A stretch of DNA of 24,000 nt, from assembly GCA_003649205.1 (NCBI GenBank), contig QMRC01000009.1, positions 1 to 24,000 on the forward strand, in the 5' to 3' direction. The DNA comes from Thermoprotei archaeon. GTDB lineage: Archaea; Thermoproteota; Thermoprotei; Thermoproteales; B15-G16. Within the stretch, counting starts at the first letter, position 1. Each line of letters starts with the position of its first letter. The position numbers and the translations under genes are program-made. The notes beneath the pieces are model-generated. The model was not told the origin of the DNA, ran no database searches, and saw only the letters and a list, made by a program, of their open reading frames with translations. Positions 8,181 through 17,250 of the stretch are shown in pieces.

Positions 8181-9305
8181 TTAAATAACCTCAATTACGA
8201 ATCTACCATTCTCGTACACTAGATCACCATCAGCGTACACCTTACCTCTCTTCATATCTGCTATCAAATCAACGTGTATTGCCGATGTATTCCTACCTCC
8301 TGTCTCTGGGTATGCTGATCCAAGAGCTATGTGTACTGTTCCACCTATCTTCTCATCAAATAGTATGTTCCTGGTGAACTGGGTAATGTCGTAGTTCAGT
8401 CCAAAAGCTACCTCACCTATTCTCTTAGCTCCTTCATCAACCTGTAGGAGTTTCTCAATAACTTCCCTACCTTTCTCTGCTGTGTACTCAATTACTTGAC
8501 CTCTATGGAACTTAATACGTAGACCAATTATCTCATACCCACCCCACAAGACTGGGTAAGTAGCTGTGTACGTACCTTCTGCACTGTCCTCTATTGGTGC
8601 TGAGAACACCTCGCCACCTGGCATGTTCTTCTTTCCATCATCATTTATCCACGTTCTACCACTGACCTTTAGAGTTAGGTCCACGCCATCACCAATGAAC
8701 CTCAACTCATTCACCTTCATTAGAAAGTTCTTGATCTTCTCTTGGTACTCAGCTTGTTTTCTCCACTCATCAACTGGATCATCTTTATCTACCTTACAGG
8801 CTCTAAATACGAACTCCTCATAGTCTGTATACGACATCCCCGCTTCTTGAGCAAGTGCTGGAGTTGGAAATGCCGTTACACACCACCTCAATTTACCTTC
8901 AGAACTCCTCTTGAGAAAGATCTCAGTTAACGGTCTACGACCCTTAGCTAGTAGCTGTAGCTTTCTCGGATCAACTGTTACGAAGGGTTTGGTGTGTTGT
9001 GGTGCATCTACCTGTATCATGACATCGACATTCTCGAGAATTAGCTTGGATATCTTAGGTGTGTAGGTGAGTACTTCATCAGGTGCGTACCTTAGGAAGA
9101 CCTCTCGTGTAACTTCATCAGATAGGGATACGATAACTGGGTAACCACCTGAAGCGACGATGTACTTCACTAACTCCCTTATGAGTGGTACTGCTTGTAA
9201 ACCAGCTGATACAACTACCTCATCTCCCTTCCTAACTTCTGTTGAGTACTTGACGAGTACCTCCGCCAACTTAGATACTCTGGGATCAACCACGAGGATC
9301 ACCAC
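8181..9305 (-). CDS. Aminopeptidase, peptidase family M29 (AmpS/PepS/aminopeptidase T type)
   Basis: 374-aa ORF with the M29-like C-terminal region IGEVAFGLN ... GGTVHIALGSAYPETGGRNTSAIHVDLI and an N-terminal region typical of thermophilic metalloaminopeptidases. Confidence 0.75.
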   Translation of the reverse strand: MVILVVDPRVSKLAEVLVKYSTEVRKGDEVVVSAGLQAVPLIRELVKYIVASGGYPVIVSLSDEVTREVFLRYAPDEVLTYTPKISKLILENVDVMIQVDAPQHTKPFVTVDPRKLQLLAKGRRPLTEIFLKRSSEGKLRWCVTAFPTPALAQEAGMSYTDYEEFVFRACKVDKDDPVDEWRKQAEYQEKIKNFLMKVNELRFIGDGVDLTLKVSGRTWINDDGKKNMPGGEVFSAPIEDSAEGTYTATYPVLWGGYEIIGLRIKFHRGQVIEYTAEKGREVIEKLLQVDEGAKRIGEVAFGLNYDITQFTRNILFDEKIGGTVHIALGSAYPETGGRNTSAIHVDLIADMKRGKVYADGDLVYENGRFVIEVI

Positions 9306-9428
9306 TCTACCTCACAAAAATTCACAAATATATAGATCGTTTCAGCTAGCACAGCTAGTTAAGGGCTCAACTACATACGTCAGGGAAATAGCAAAATGGC
9401 TATTAACAACTTGGTCTCGCGATGATGT

Positions 9429-10227
9429 ATGAACCAGAGAATTGTCTCACCAGAGGTTTTTGTTGAAGAGGCTCTCGCATACAGGTACGGTGGTAGGGTT
9501 AAGCTAGAGGACATAAGGTATAGTGACCTTGCATTACTCACGATACCTACCATCATCAAGGTACTGAGCGAGATTGTGCCCGGCATTAAGCAGGTTAGTG
9601 CTTGGTACCGAAGTACACTACCTTACTTGATTGAGGTATCAGGTAAGCGTCTACTCATTGTTGAAACTCTACCAGGTGCTCCTTCAGCAGCCGCCGTACT
9701 TGAGGAGTTAAAGGTGTGTGGTGTAAAGTAATGTCATCTATTGTGGTTATGTCGGTAGTCTATGTGATGATTTGAGGCCTGGTGATGTGGTTGTTGTTGA
9801 GGAAGCTATTGTGGATGAAGGGGTTTCGAGAATTTATAGACCAGGTGCAACGAGATCTTTTGCATCGAGGAAGTTGCTTAACATGGTGCGTGAGGTTCTT
9901 AACAAGCTCCATGCTGATTACAGGGTAGTTCGTGTGTGGACTACGGATGCTCCTTACATGGAGACAGTTGAGAGGGTTCAGTGGTTTAGGGATGTCTATG
10001 GGTGTAGTTGTGTCGATATGGAGACTTCAGCACTGTACACCGTAGGCACTTACCTAGGTCTTGAGGTATGTGCTGTTCACCTGGTTAGTGATCAAGTTAC
10101 TGAACGTGGTTGGTACGTATTATTCTTCAAGGAGGAATTTAAAGAGATGAGAAGGAGGTTCTGTGAAATCCTCCGTAATCTATGTGTTGAGCTGTTGACT
10201 AGGTTTAAGTCCCTTTCTGCCCTCTAG
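9429..10227 (+). pseudogene. Nucleoside phosphorylase (PNP/UDP family 1) split into two ORFs by a +1 frameshift at a TAA
   Basis: ORF 9429-9731 ends ...LPGAPSAAAVLEELKVCGVK*. The +1 frame is open from 9727 and reads SNVIYCGYVGSLCDDLRPGDVVVV ... VDMETSALYTVG ... VSDQV. Skipping T9729 gives a protein colinear with DeoD-type enzymes (...GVKKIIRVGSCGAV...RDVVI...). Confidence 0.75.
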
Positions 10228-10869
10228 TAACTCACTAGGTTTACCCTCAAACACCACTCTACTACTGACTAGTACGTAGATTATTAGCAAGCTCTAGTGT
10301 AACTTCACATTCTGTTCTAAGGGACCATACTATCCTGAGTAAATCACGTAGCTTCCTTATGCTACTAAGTACCTCTTTAGCTATCTTCGGTGCTGATTGT
10401 GATGCATGTTCATCTAGTAGCAGAAGCTTCGTTTTCCTCAATATAGGCATAGCCAGGGCTAATATCAAGACTAAGGTCTTGGTGATTAGCGATGCTGTAT
10501 CAACTGCAGCTAGTACATTTCATGCACTATGTATTGGTGTTGTGCGTGTTGTTACTTACGAGAATACCACCTGGAGTTTCTATCCGTGGCTAATGATAAT
10601 TCTTTGTGGAATAGCAAGTGACATTGGATGTACTCTAGGAACATTACTCAATATCCCGACTAGGAAGCTAGTTGTGCTACCCAAGTGTGAAATAGCGAGA
10701 CTAGTCCCTTAATCCTGGTGTAACCTGGTACATACTCTTCAGTACTGTACTCATACTCGTGTTCATGTTTAGACCACAGGACCTAACACCGGAACGGGTT
10801 AGGCCACTTGCATCACTAAGTTTCAGCCCAAGCCGATTTCGTCATTGATCTGACCATCAGGTTGCTCAT
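10180..10869 (-). pseudogene. Decayed ABC-transporter ATPase (multiple stops and frameshifts)
   Basis: Hand translation of the minus strand in shifting frames gives: MSNLMVRSMTKSAWAET* (N-terminal L.V.NLTKS-like); PVPVLGPVV* (Walker A remnant); VGILSNVPRVHPMSLAIPQR (Q-loop region); ILALAMPILRKTKLLLLDE (Walker B); and, after a shift, VLVSSRVVFEGKPSELLEG (typical C-terminus). At least five in-frame stops. Confidence 0.55.
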
Positions 10870-10904
10870 CACCAGAGCTAACTAATGTAGGTACCGAATA
10901 TACC

Positions 10905-12170
10905 CTACTCTCCATTCTTCTTGAGTCTCCTCAAGTACCTTTCCTCTTCTACGTCAGTTATGCACCCTCTCTCAAGAGTTGGTACTGTCAGCCCTATTCT
11001 CGGTGGACAACCAGGTATGAATAGACCCAACTCCCTATACCTCGCAGTGCAATTACCGAAGAGAATTAACTGCTTACCAGCAACTCTGGGTATTTCACTC
11101 TCCTCTATAGGACCAGCAATAATTATGTACTTCCTAAGTAGCTCTAGCTCCCCACTCTTCTCAAATATCTTCAAAACATTCATTATAGTACCGACACAGC
11201 CACTGCACGCTCTAGGCATGTAGATCTCAACGCACTTGAGGTACTTCTCTAGATCAACTTCAGGTCTCTTGAAACTCCTCCTAACCCTCTCAATAGGTTC
11301 CCCTAAGACCTCAATCTGCTCTAACTTAGGTGCTAATCCCCTCTCAATAGCTACTCTGAGAGGAGGTACATCCTCTACCCTAAACCCCATTACCTGTGCG
11401 GCCACCACATCAACAGCCAATGGGTCATCACCAGCCATCACAATACCCATCTCTACAGGATCACCATCAACAGGTCCAAGACCTTCCATAGCAATAACCC
11501 CATCCACAACATTGAGCTTCGGCTTAACAACGGTCACTAAGTCAACAAGAGCTTCGTAGAGACCTAGTCTATGTAGTTCCCTCTTACTAGCATCACTCAG
11601 CACACCCTTGATGTTCTTCATAGCGCATGTAATTAGGCAGGTACAGTGCGTCTTCAGCTTCGGTACGTTGATGAGGGTATCAGCCTCAAGTACAGGTTTA
11701 GCAACTTCAATTCTCTTCAACATCCTACCACTAGGTACTTCAACAATAACCTGTGGACACTTCTTTAGATTAAGTACTTCAGCACCCTCTTCTTCAGCAC
11801 CCTTCTTCATTCCCGTGACCTCAAACGCCTTCTCAGTATCAACACCAACAGGTGAGGACTCACCAATAATGACCCTAGACGCTCCAGCTCTCCAGCACAG
11901 CCTTATCACAGCACGTACAACATCTGGACTAGTGCAGACATGTGGTTCAGAAGTAACTCTCGTGAGATTCGGCTTAATGAGAACAGTATCTCCTTTCTTG
12001 ACGAACTTAGTGATACCACCGATCAACTCAATAGCTCTCTCAACAGCTAAATCTATAGAAACATCAACACGAGTAATGGATACTCTATAGCTCACAGAAA
12101 AACCCCTGAGGTAACTCATGATGGAGATCATTGAAAAAAGTTTGTTTCTTGCTAACCTAAACAAGAGCAT
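10905..12170 (-). CDS. DUF362 domain-containing protein (putative Fe-S binding)
   Basis: DUF362-like blocks KKGDTVLIKPNLT, VIIGESS, KLKTHCTCLITCAMKNIKG and IAMEGLGP, plus C-terminal Cys motifs (CSGCVG, FGNCTARY, IPGCPP). The start is uncertain: Met1 at 12170, or internal Met at 12131 or 12119. Confidence 0.7.
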   Translation of the reverse strand: MLLFRLARNKLFSMISIMSYLRGFSVSYRVSITRVDVSIDLAVERAIELIGGITKFVKKGDTVLIKPNLTRVTSEPHVCTSPDVVRAVIRLCWRAGASRVIIGESSPVGVDTEKAFEVTGMKKGAEEEGAEVLNLKKCPQVIVEVPSGRMLKRIEVAKPVLEADTLINVPKLKTHCTCLITCAMKNIKGVLSDASKRELHRLGLYEALVDLVTVVKPKLNVVDGVIAMEGLGPVDGDPVEMGIVMAGDDPLAVDVVAAQVMGFRVEDVPPLRVAIERGLAPKLEQIEVLGEPIERVRRSFKRPEVDLEKYLKCVEIYMPRACSGCVGTIMNVLKIFEKSGELELLRKYIIIAGPIEESEIPRVAGKQLILFGNCTARYRELGLFIPGCPPRIGLTVPTLERGCITDVEEERYLRRLKKNGE

Positions 12171-12447
12171 GGAGAACCTGAACCTTCGCTTACTACCTCA
12201 ATTCTGAACTAAAGCTTCATTCCCACTAGCTCACACTAGTGAAGGCTATCATTGATACATCTAAGCTAGCCACGGTCTTCTGAAGGATTGAAGTTAGGGG
12301 CTATGAGCTAGAGCTGCTTTAGGTAGGATTTAGAGCAGTTACCATGCTAATGATAGAGCCTTGCGTTAGTGACGAAGCTTAACCTAAGCAATCACTTAGA
12401 GAAACTGATATATTCGATATCTAATTGCCGATACCGGTGGTTTCCAC

Positions 12448-13488
12448 GTGAAGAAGCTCACACTGCTTATAGTGACAGCTGCCGTGCTGTGTTTAGTGGT
12501 AGCTTTGTACCTACTCTACTACATACCTTCACGTACTCAAGTTGTGAGATTGAAGGTCTTCTGTGCTGGTTCTCTGAAGGGAATTCTCGATGAATTTAGT
12601 GAAATCTTTGAGAAGAAGCACTCAAATGTTGTGGTTGAGATTGAGGCTAGTGGTAGTGTTGTTGCTGTGAGAAAGGTTACAGAGCTGGGTAAGTTAGCTG
12701 ATGTGGTTGCTGTTGCTGACTACACACTGATTCCAGAACTAATGATGCCTAAGTACGCTAGCTGGTACGTAGTGTTTGCTACTAATGAGATAGTGCTAAC
12801 CTACACCGATAAGAGTAAGTATGCTAACGAGATCTCGAGTAGTAACTGGCTTGAGATACTCTTGAGACCTGGTGTCAGATTTGGGTTCTCAAATCCAAAT
12901 GATGATCCCTGTGGCTACAGGGCCGTCATGGTGCTTACATTAGCCTCGAAGTACTACAGTGCTCCTCAGATACTTGACCTCCTTCAGGAGAAGACAAACC
13001 TTAGGATCGAGTACGTGAATGGTACATACCACATATACGTACCACCGAACTTCAAAAGCCTAGATCCAGATAGGATAGTTATCAGGGGCAAGAGCATTGA
13101 GCTAGTTGCATTGCTTCAAGCAGGTGTATTGGACTATGCATTTGAGTACAGGAGCGTTGCTATTCAGAAGGGCCTTAAGTACATTGAGTTACCTCCTGAA
13201 ATTAATTTAGGTTCACCTAAATTGAGAAGTAAGTACGGTAAAGTTATCGTTCACCTATTTGCTGGTAGCGAGAAGGAGAAGGTCATTATAGGTAAGCCCA
13301 TAATTTACGGAATTACTGTACCTCTAAACGCACCCCACAGGGAGTTAGCTCTGAAGTTTGTTGAGTTACTGATCAGTGATGTGGGTAGGGAAGTATTTGA
13401 GAGAAATGGTCAACCACCTTTAGTACCACCTCTTGGTTTTGGTGAGGTACCTGAGGACTTGAGGAGATTGGTCGTGATTGGGGGGTAG
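12448..13488 (+). CDS. wtpA: Tungstate/molybdate ABC transporter substrate-binding protein WtpA
   Basis: Signal/TM-like N-terminus, then strong recalled similarity to Pyrococcus WtpA: KVFCAGSL ... ASGSVVAVRKVTELGKLADVVAVADYTLI ... VRFGFSNPNDDPCGYRAV ... KPIIYGITVP. GTG start with GGTGG about 8 nt upstream. Confidence 0.85.
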   Translation: MKKLTLLIVTAAVLCLVVALYLLYYIPSRTQVVRLKVFCAGSLKGILDEFSEIFEKKHSNVVVEIEASGSVVAVRKVTELGKLADVVAVADYTLIPELMMPKYASWYVVFATNEIVLTYTDKSKYANEISSSNWLEILLRPGVRFGFSNPNDDPCGYRAVMVLTLASKYYSAPQILDLLQEKTNLRIEYVNGTYHIYVPPNFKSLDPDRIVIRGKSIELVALLQAGVLDYAFEYRSVAIQKGLKYIELPPEINLGSPKLRSKYGKVIVHLFAGSEKEKVIIGKPIIYGITVPLNAPHRELALKFVELLISDVGREVFERNGQPPLVPPLGFGEVPEDLRRLVVIGG

Positions 13489-13490
13489 CT

Positions 13491-14255
13491 ATGTCTCGAC
13501 TAGCTACTGTATTCTATGCTATTGGTGGGGTGCTCATATTCTTCTTACTAGCCCCACTCCTCATCTTCGTAGCTACCACAGATTTAAACTATGTACTTAA
13601 GTATGGTTTTGATGAAGAAGCCACCTCGGCTATGTACATAGGTATGTTAGCTGCAACAACTTCTACATTGATTCTCCTCATCCTTGGTACACCTCTAGCG
13701 TATGCACTTGCTAGGTATAGGTTTCCGGGCAAGGGTTTGATTGAAGCTGTGATAGATCTACCACTGGCAATACCTCATGGAGTTGTTGGCATCATGGTTC
13801 TCCTAGCGTATAGCTCTAGAGCACCTCTCGGTACTTTACTCGCTAACTTAGGTATGAGGATTGAGGATTCCTTCTGGGGTATTGTATTTGCTATGGTATT
13901 TGTCTCTGTACCTCTTGCTGTTGATACTATTAAGGAGGGCTTCGATATGGTTGATCCAGAGATTGAGTACGTAGCTAGAAGCTTAGGGGCTTCTGAGCTC
14001 ATGACCTTCATGAAGATCTCTCTACCCTTAGTTACTAAGCACATAATTACAGCAGCACTACTATCTTGGGCTCGTGCTATGAGTGAAGTTGGTGCTATAC
14101 TCGTAGTTGCTTACTTCCCTAAGTCAATAAATGTCTTAGTCATGGAGAGATTCTGGACTTACGGTCTTGAGGTAGCTAAGGCAACTGCTTTCCCACTACT
14201 AATCACCACACTAACTGCATTCACCGTAGTGAGAGTACTTGGGGGTAGAAAGTAA
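13491..14255 (+). CDS. wtpB: Tungstate/molybdate ABC transporter permease WtpB
   Basis: 254-aa polytopic membrane protein with an ABC permease EAA-like loop (EYVARSLGASELMTFMKISLPL). Sits between wtpA and the ATPase with 2-nt and 0-nt gaps. Confidence 0.85.
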   Translation: MSRLATVFYAIGGVLIFFLLAPLLIFVATTDLNYVLKYGFDEEATSAMYIGMLAATTSTLILLILGTPLAYALARYRFPGKGLIEAVIDLPLAIPHGVVGIMVLLAYSSRAPLGTLLANLGMRIEDSFWGIVFAMVFVSVPLAVDTIKEGFDMVDPEIEYVARSLGASELMTFMKISLPLVTKHIITAALLSWARAMSEVGAILVVAYFPKSINVLVMERFWTYGLEVAKATAFPLLITTLTAFTVVRVLGGRK

Positions 14256-15317
14256 TTGATTTTCCTCGAAGATGTGTGGGTTAATCTCAGGGATTTTGAG
14301 CTAAGAGGTATCACATTGAGTGTGAGTAAGGGTGAGTACTTTATCGTAATGGGTCCTTCAGGTGCTGGGAAGACAGTCTTACTTCAAACTATCTTAGGTA
14401 TTTACAAGCCGTGGAGAGGTAAGATTTTCATCGATGGTGTTGACGTGACTGATTACCCACCTGAGAAGAGAGGTCTTAGCTACGTGCCTCAGAACTATGG
14501 TCTTTTCCCACATATGACTGTTGAGGAGAATATAGCTTTCGGTCTCAAGGTAAGGGGCTACAGTAGACGTGAGGTTAAGAGGAGAGTACGTGAGATAGCT
14601 GATGTACTGGGTATCAGTCACCTACTACATAGAAATCCAAAGACCTTAAGTGGTGGTGAACAGCAGAGAGTTGCTCTAGCTAGAGCCCTAGTTGTTGAAC
14701 CTAAAGCTATACTCCTAGACGAACCCTTATCAGCTCTAGACTACAGAACTCGTGAAGAGGTAATTAAATTCCTTCAGAAACTTCACAGCTCACTGAAGTT
14801 TACAGCAATACACGTAACTCATGACATTGTTGAAGCACTTGAGCTAGGTACTCGGGTTGCACTAATGTTCAACGGTAAAGTAGTTTACTCTGGCCAACTA
14901 ACTGAAATCCTCTGTAATCCACACTACGTAGGACTACTCAGTAGTCAAGGACTGGTAAACTTCCTCGAAGGTAAAGTAGTTGGTTTCATTAATGGAGTTC
15001 TCTTAGTTGACCTGTGTGGAGTAGTAATTAAGGTTAAGTCAACTACCAAGATAGGTGCTGGATCTCGAGTTTTATTAGCAGTAAATTCAGGTGACTTAGA
15101 AATCCATAAGGACAGTACTGGTGCTGGTAACGTGCTGAGGTGTAGAGTTGAGAAGATGAAGTACCGACTAAGTTACTATGAAGTCCTCGTCAGGTATAAC
15201 GGCATCAAGCTGAAGGTATGTGCATCCACTCGTGAAGTTAAGAAACTCAATCTAAAACCTGGTGATAGTGTTTGGGTTAGGATTCCCGAAGATTGCGTCA
15301 AGGTCGTTTACTCTTAA
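14256..15317 (+). CDS. wtpC: Tungstate/molybdate ABC transporter ATPase WtpC
   Basis: Walker A GPSGAGKT, Q-loop YVPQNYGLFPHMTV, signature LSGGEQQRVALARAL, Walker B ILLDEPLSALD, H-loop HVTHD, and a C-terminal TOBE-like domain. TTG start directly after the wtpB stop. Confidence 0.9.
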   Translation: MIFLEDVWVNLRDFELRGITLSVSKGEYFIVMGPSGAGKTVLLQTILGIYKPWRGKIFIDGVDVTDYPPEKRGLSYVPQNYGLFPHMTVEENIAFGLKVRGYSRREVKRRVREIADVLGISHLLHRNPKTLSGGEQQRVALARALVVEPKAILLDEPLSALDYRTREEVIKFLQKLHSSLKFTAIHVTHDIVEALELGTRVALMFNGKVVYSGQLTEILCNPHYVGLLSSQGLVNFLEGKVVGFINGVLLVDLCGVVIKVKSTTKIGAGSRVLLAVNSGDLEIHKDSTGAGNVLRCRVEKMKYRLSYYEVLVRYNGIKLKVCASTREVKKLNLKPGDSVWVRIPEDCVKVVYS

Positions 15318-15413
15318 TCAACAATGTTGAGTAAGGTTCTATCTCCTTTCCATTGGGTAGGCTGTAGATTGGTAACATGTACTACACTCACTTAAGTGTA
15401 AAAACTTAAAATT

Positions 15414-16799
15414 ATGACAGTAAATTATGACAGTCCCTTGTGCTTGCAAGAGGATGAGAAGGTGATTAGCGAGTTAGTTGGTAAAGTTGTGGTTGGATCA
15501 GCTTACTTAGGTCTAGTCATCGCTATAGCATTTAATGCTGATAGGCTTAAGACAGCAGCCACGGCAGCTATAATCGTTACAGCATTAGCGCTCGCACTTG
15601 GGTTCATGGATCCAGTAAAGGCACTACCGTACGTAGATCTCGATGTTATTGGGCTTATAGTACTTGCATCAGCGCTCTCTTGGGCTATTGAAGATAGTGG
15701 ATTAGCTATGTGGATAGTAGCTAAGTCACTTAAGTTAACAGGTGGTTCAATTCGTCTAGTCGTGATAGTCATTGGTATGGTGAGCCTCCTCCTCAGTCTA
15801 TGGCTAGAGAACATTACTGTCGTCATAATAATGGCGCCAATAGTCTTTGCAGTCTCGAGAGCGCTTGGAGTGAACCCCATACCACTTCTAATAGTTTCAG
15901 CACTTGGCTCAAACCTAAGTGGATCAGCACTACTATGTGGGGATCCACAGGCAGCGATCGTAGCATCAGCATATGGTTTAACCTTCACTGACTTCATAAT
16001 ATATAACTGGAGACCATCAATGTTCTTCATAGTGATAGCTAGCTCGATAGCAGGTCTCCTACTCATGCCAACAATCATTAAGATAGCTGATAGGGAGTTC
16101 TACACAGGTGTAGGAGGTGAGGCTAGAGCATGTGTACAGGAACCTAGATTCAGTAACTACATGATGGCTACACTACTAGCTATGGCAGTTAAGGCTACAC
16201 TGCTAAGCTTAAGACGTGAACTTGGCTTCAACCTAACTACATGCGCAGCACTAGCGGTAATCCCACTACTGCTGATTTACTGGAGGAGGGTTGCTAGGAA
16301 TTTGAGGGAATTCTTCGAGAAGGTTGTTGATATTAAGTTAGTTGGATTCTACATAGCGATGTTCTACCTAGTCGGTTTCCTAGATGGTGTTGGACTTACT
16401 GGTGACATAGCTAAAGCCATAGAGCACCTTAGTGGCGGCAGTAGTCTCCTAGTGCCTCTAGTCCTTATTGGGATAGGCGCAGCATCATCATCGTTCATCG
16501 ATAACGTACCGCTTGTAGCAGCGTTTGTCCCTGTAGTGACGAAATTAAGTACAATGCTTGGTATAGACAAGGTGGTACTAGCTTGGGCAATGCTCCTCGG
16601 AGTAACCATTGGTGGAGGTGGGTCATTCATAGGCTGTATGGCAGCTTACGCAGCTGTTAGAATTGGTGAAAGAGAAACAGGTAGGAGAATTACCTTCGCT
16701 TACTACGCTAAGATGGCTATACCCTTCACAATAGTTGCACTACTAGCAGGAACAGCAACATACTACGCAACATACCTCAGCTACCTAACCAAGACTTGA
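15414..16799 (+). CDS. ArsB/NhaD-superfamily (citrate-transporter-like) anion permease
   Basis: 461-aa highly hydrophobic protein with about 10-12 TM segments and a central hydrophilic loop; resembles the ArsB/NhaD permease fold. The start is uncertain (see the 13-bp duplication finding). Confidence 0.65.
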   Translation: MTVNYDSPLCLQEDEKVISELVGKVVVGSAYLGLVIAIAFNADRLKTAATAAIIVTALALALGFMDPVKALPYVDLDVIGLIVLASALSWAIEDSGLAMWIVAKSLKLTGGSIRLVVIVIGMVSLLLSLWLENITVVIIMAPIVFAVSRALGVNPIPLLIVSALGSNLSGSALLCGDPQAAIVASAYGLTFTDFIIYNWRPSMFFIVIASSIAGLLLMPTIIKIADREFYTGVGGEARACVQEPRFSNYMMATLLAMAVKATLLSLRRELGFNLTTCAALAVIPLLLIYWRRVARNLREFFEKVVDIKLVGFYIAMFYLVGFLDGVGLTGDIAKAIEHLSGGSSLLVPLVLIGIGAASSSFIDNVPLVAAFVPVVTKLSTMLGIDKVVLAWAMLLGVTIGGGGSFIGCMAAYAAVRIGERETGRRITFAYYAKMAIPFTIVALLAGTATYYATYLSYLTKT

Positions 16800-16867
16800 G
16801 GTGAATACAGCTGCATGGAGTAGAGCTACTACTAGGCATAGCTCTAGGATTTGTACTTCACGAACTA

Positions 16868-17140
16868 TTGCATTTAGTCATGGCACTAGCACTTGGTACG
16901 AAACCATGTCTCAGGTTCATTGAGCACAGGTTCGTACGAAGGAAAGTAGTATCCATAACCGTAGTACCCACAACAGAGAACAAGTTAGCCAGAGCACTAA
17001 TAGCGCTTTCACCTCATACTTTAACACCAATACTAGCAGTACACTATATAGCAACAGGTAATGTACTACCGTTGATAATTATGGTCGTGAACCTTATAGC
17101 GCTCCCTCAAGACGTAGCATTTGCACTAAGACACAAGTGA
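16868..17140 (+). CDS. Small membrane protein with an HExxH zincin-like motif; true start unclear
   Basis: The track ORF starts at TTG 16868, but the frame is open from 16805 and reads ...HGVELLLGIALGFVLHELLHLVMALALG. The TTG is the second Leu of HELLH, so the track ORF retains only LH of the motif. No canonical start codon lies upstream in frame. Confidence 0.4.
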   Translation: MHLVMALALGTKPCLRFIEHRFVRRKVVSITVVPTTENKLARALIALSPHTLTPILAVHYIATGNVLPLIIMVVNLIALPQDVAFALRHK

Positions 17141-17250
17141 TCATGAGCAGAAACCAGCGGATAATGAAGTTGATAATCAGATTTTTCACACTTTAATTAA
17201 TGAGCCCACCTATTCCTTTGTAGGATCTAGCATGAAACCGTGTTCACGAG

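Noticed and set aside
10262-10712. Track ORFs 10262-10468 (minus) and 10359-10712 (plus) as independent genes
   Set aside because: The minus ORF is just the Walker-B-containing piece of the ABC pseudogene. The plus ORF is its antisense shadow.
10823-10872. Minus-strand C/D-box-like layout: GTGATGA, 12 nt, TCAG, 4 nt, ATGACGA, 12 nt, CTGA, with a TATATT-like element about 27 nt upstream
   Set aside because: The same bases read as the N-terminus of the decayed ABC ATPase (ATG AGC AAC CTG ATG GTC AGA TCA ATG ACG AAA TCG = MSNLMVRSMTKS, a good L.V.NLTKS match). That reading is colinear with the rest of the pseudogene. D' is non-canonical, and the TATA spacing fits a leaderless mRNA equally well. 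A small-RNA-seq check is still worthwhile.
12171-12447. Long intergenic region upstream of wtpA with box-like strings (AATGATA, GTGACGA, CTGA)
   Set aside because: Spacings do not give 10-14-nt guides and the boxes are degenerate. It is more simply a divergent promoter region (GATATATT about 38 nt upstream of the wtpA GTG).
1065-16630. Many 60-190-aa ORFs antisense to or nested in the large genes (for example 1065-1313, 1350-1769, 2911-3435, 4609-4917, 8566-8823, 10921-12090, 13775-14044, 15503-16078, 16364-16630)
   Set aside because: These are shadow ORFs opposite strongly supported genes. Their Ser/Thr/Leu/Pro-rich low-complexity translations match no recognisable motifs.
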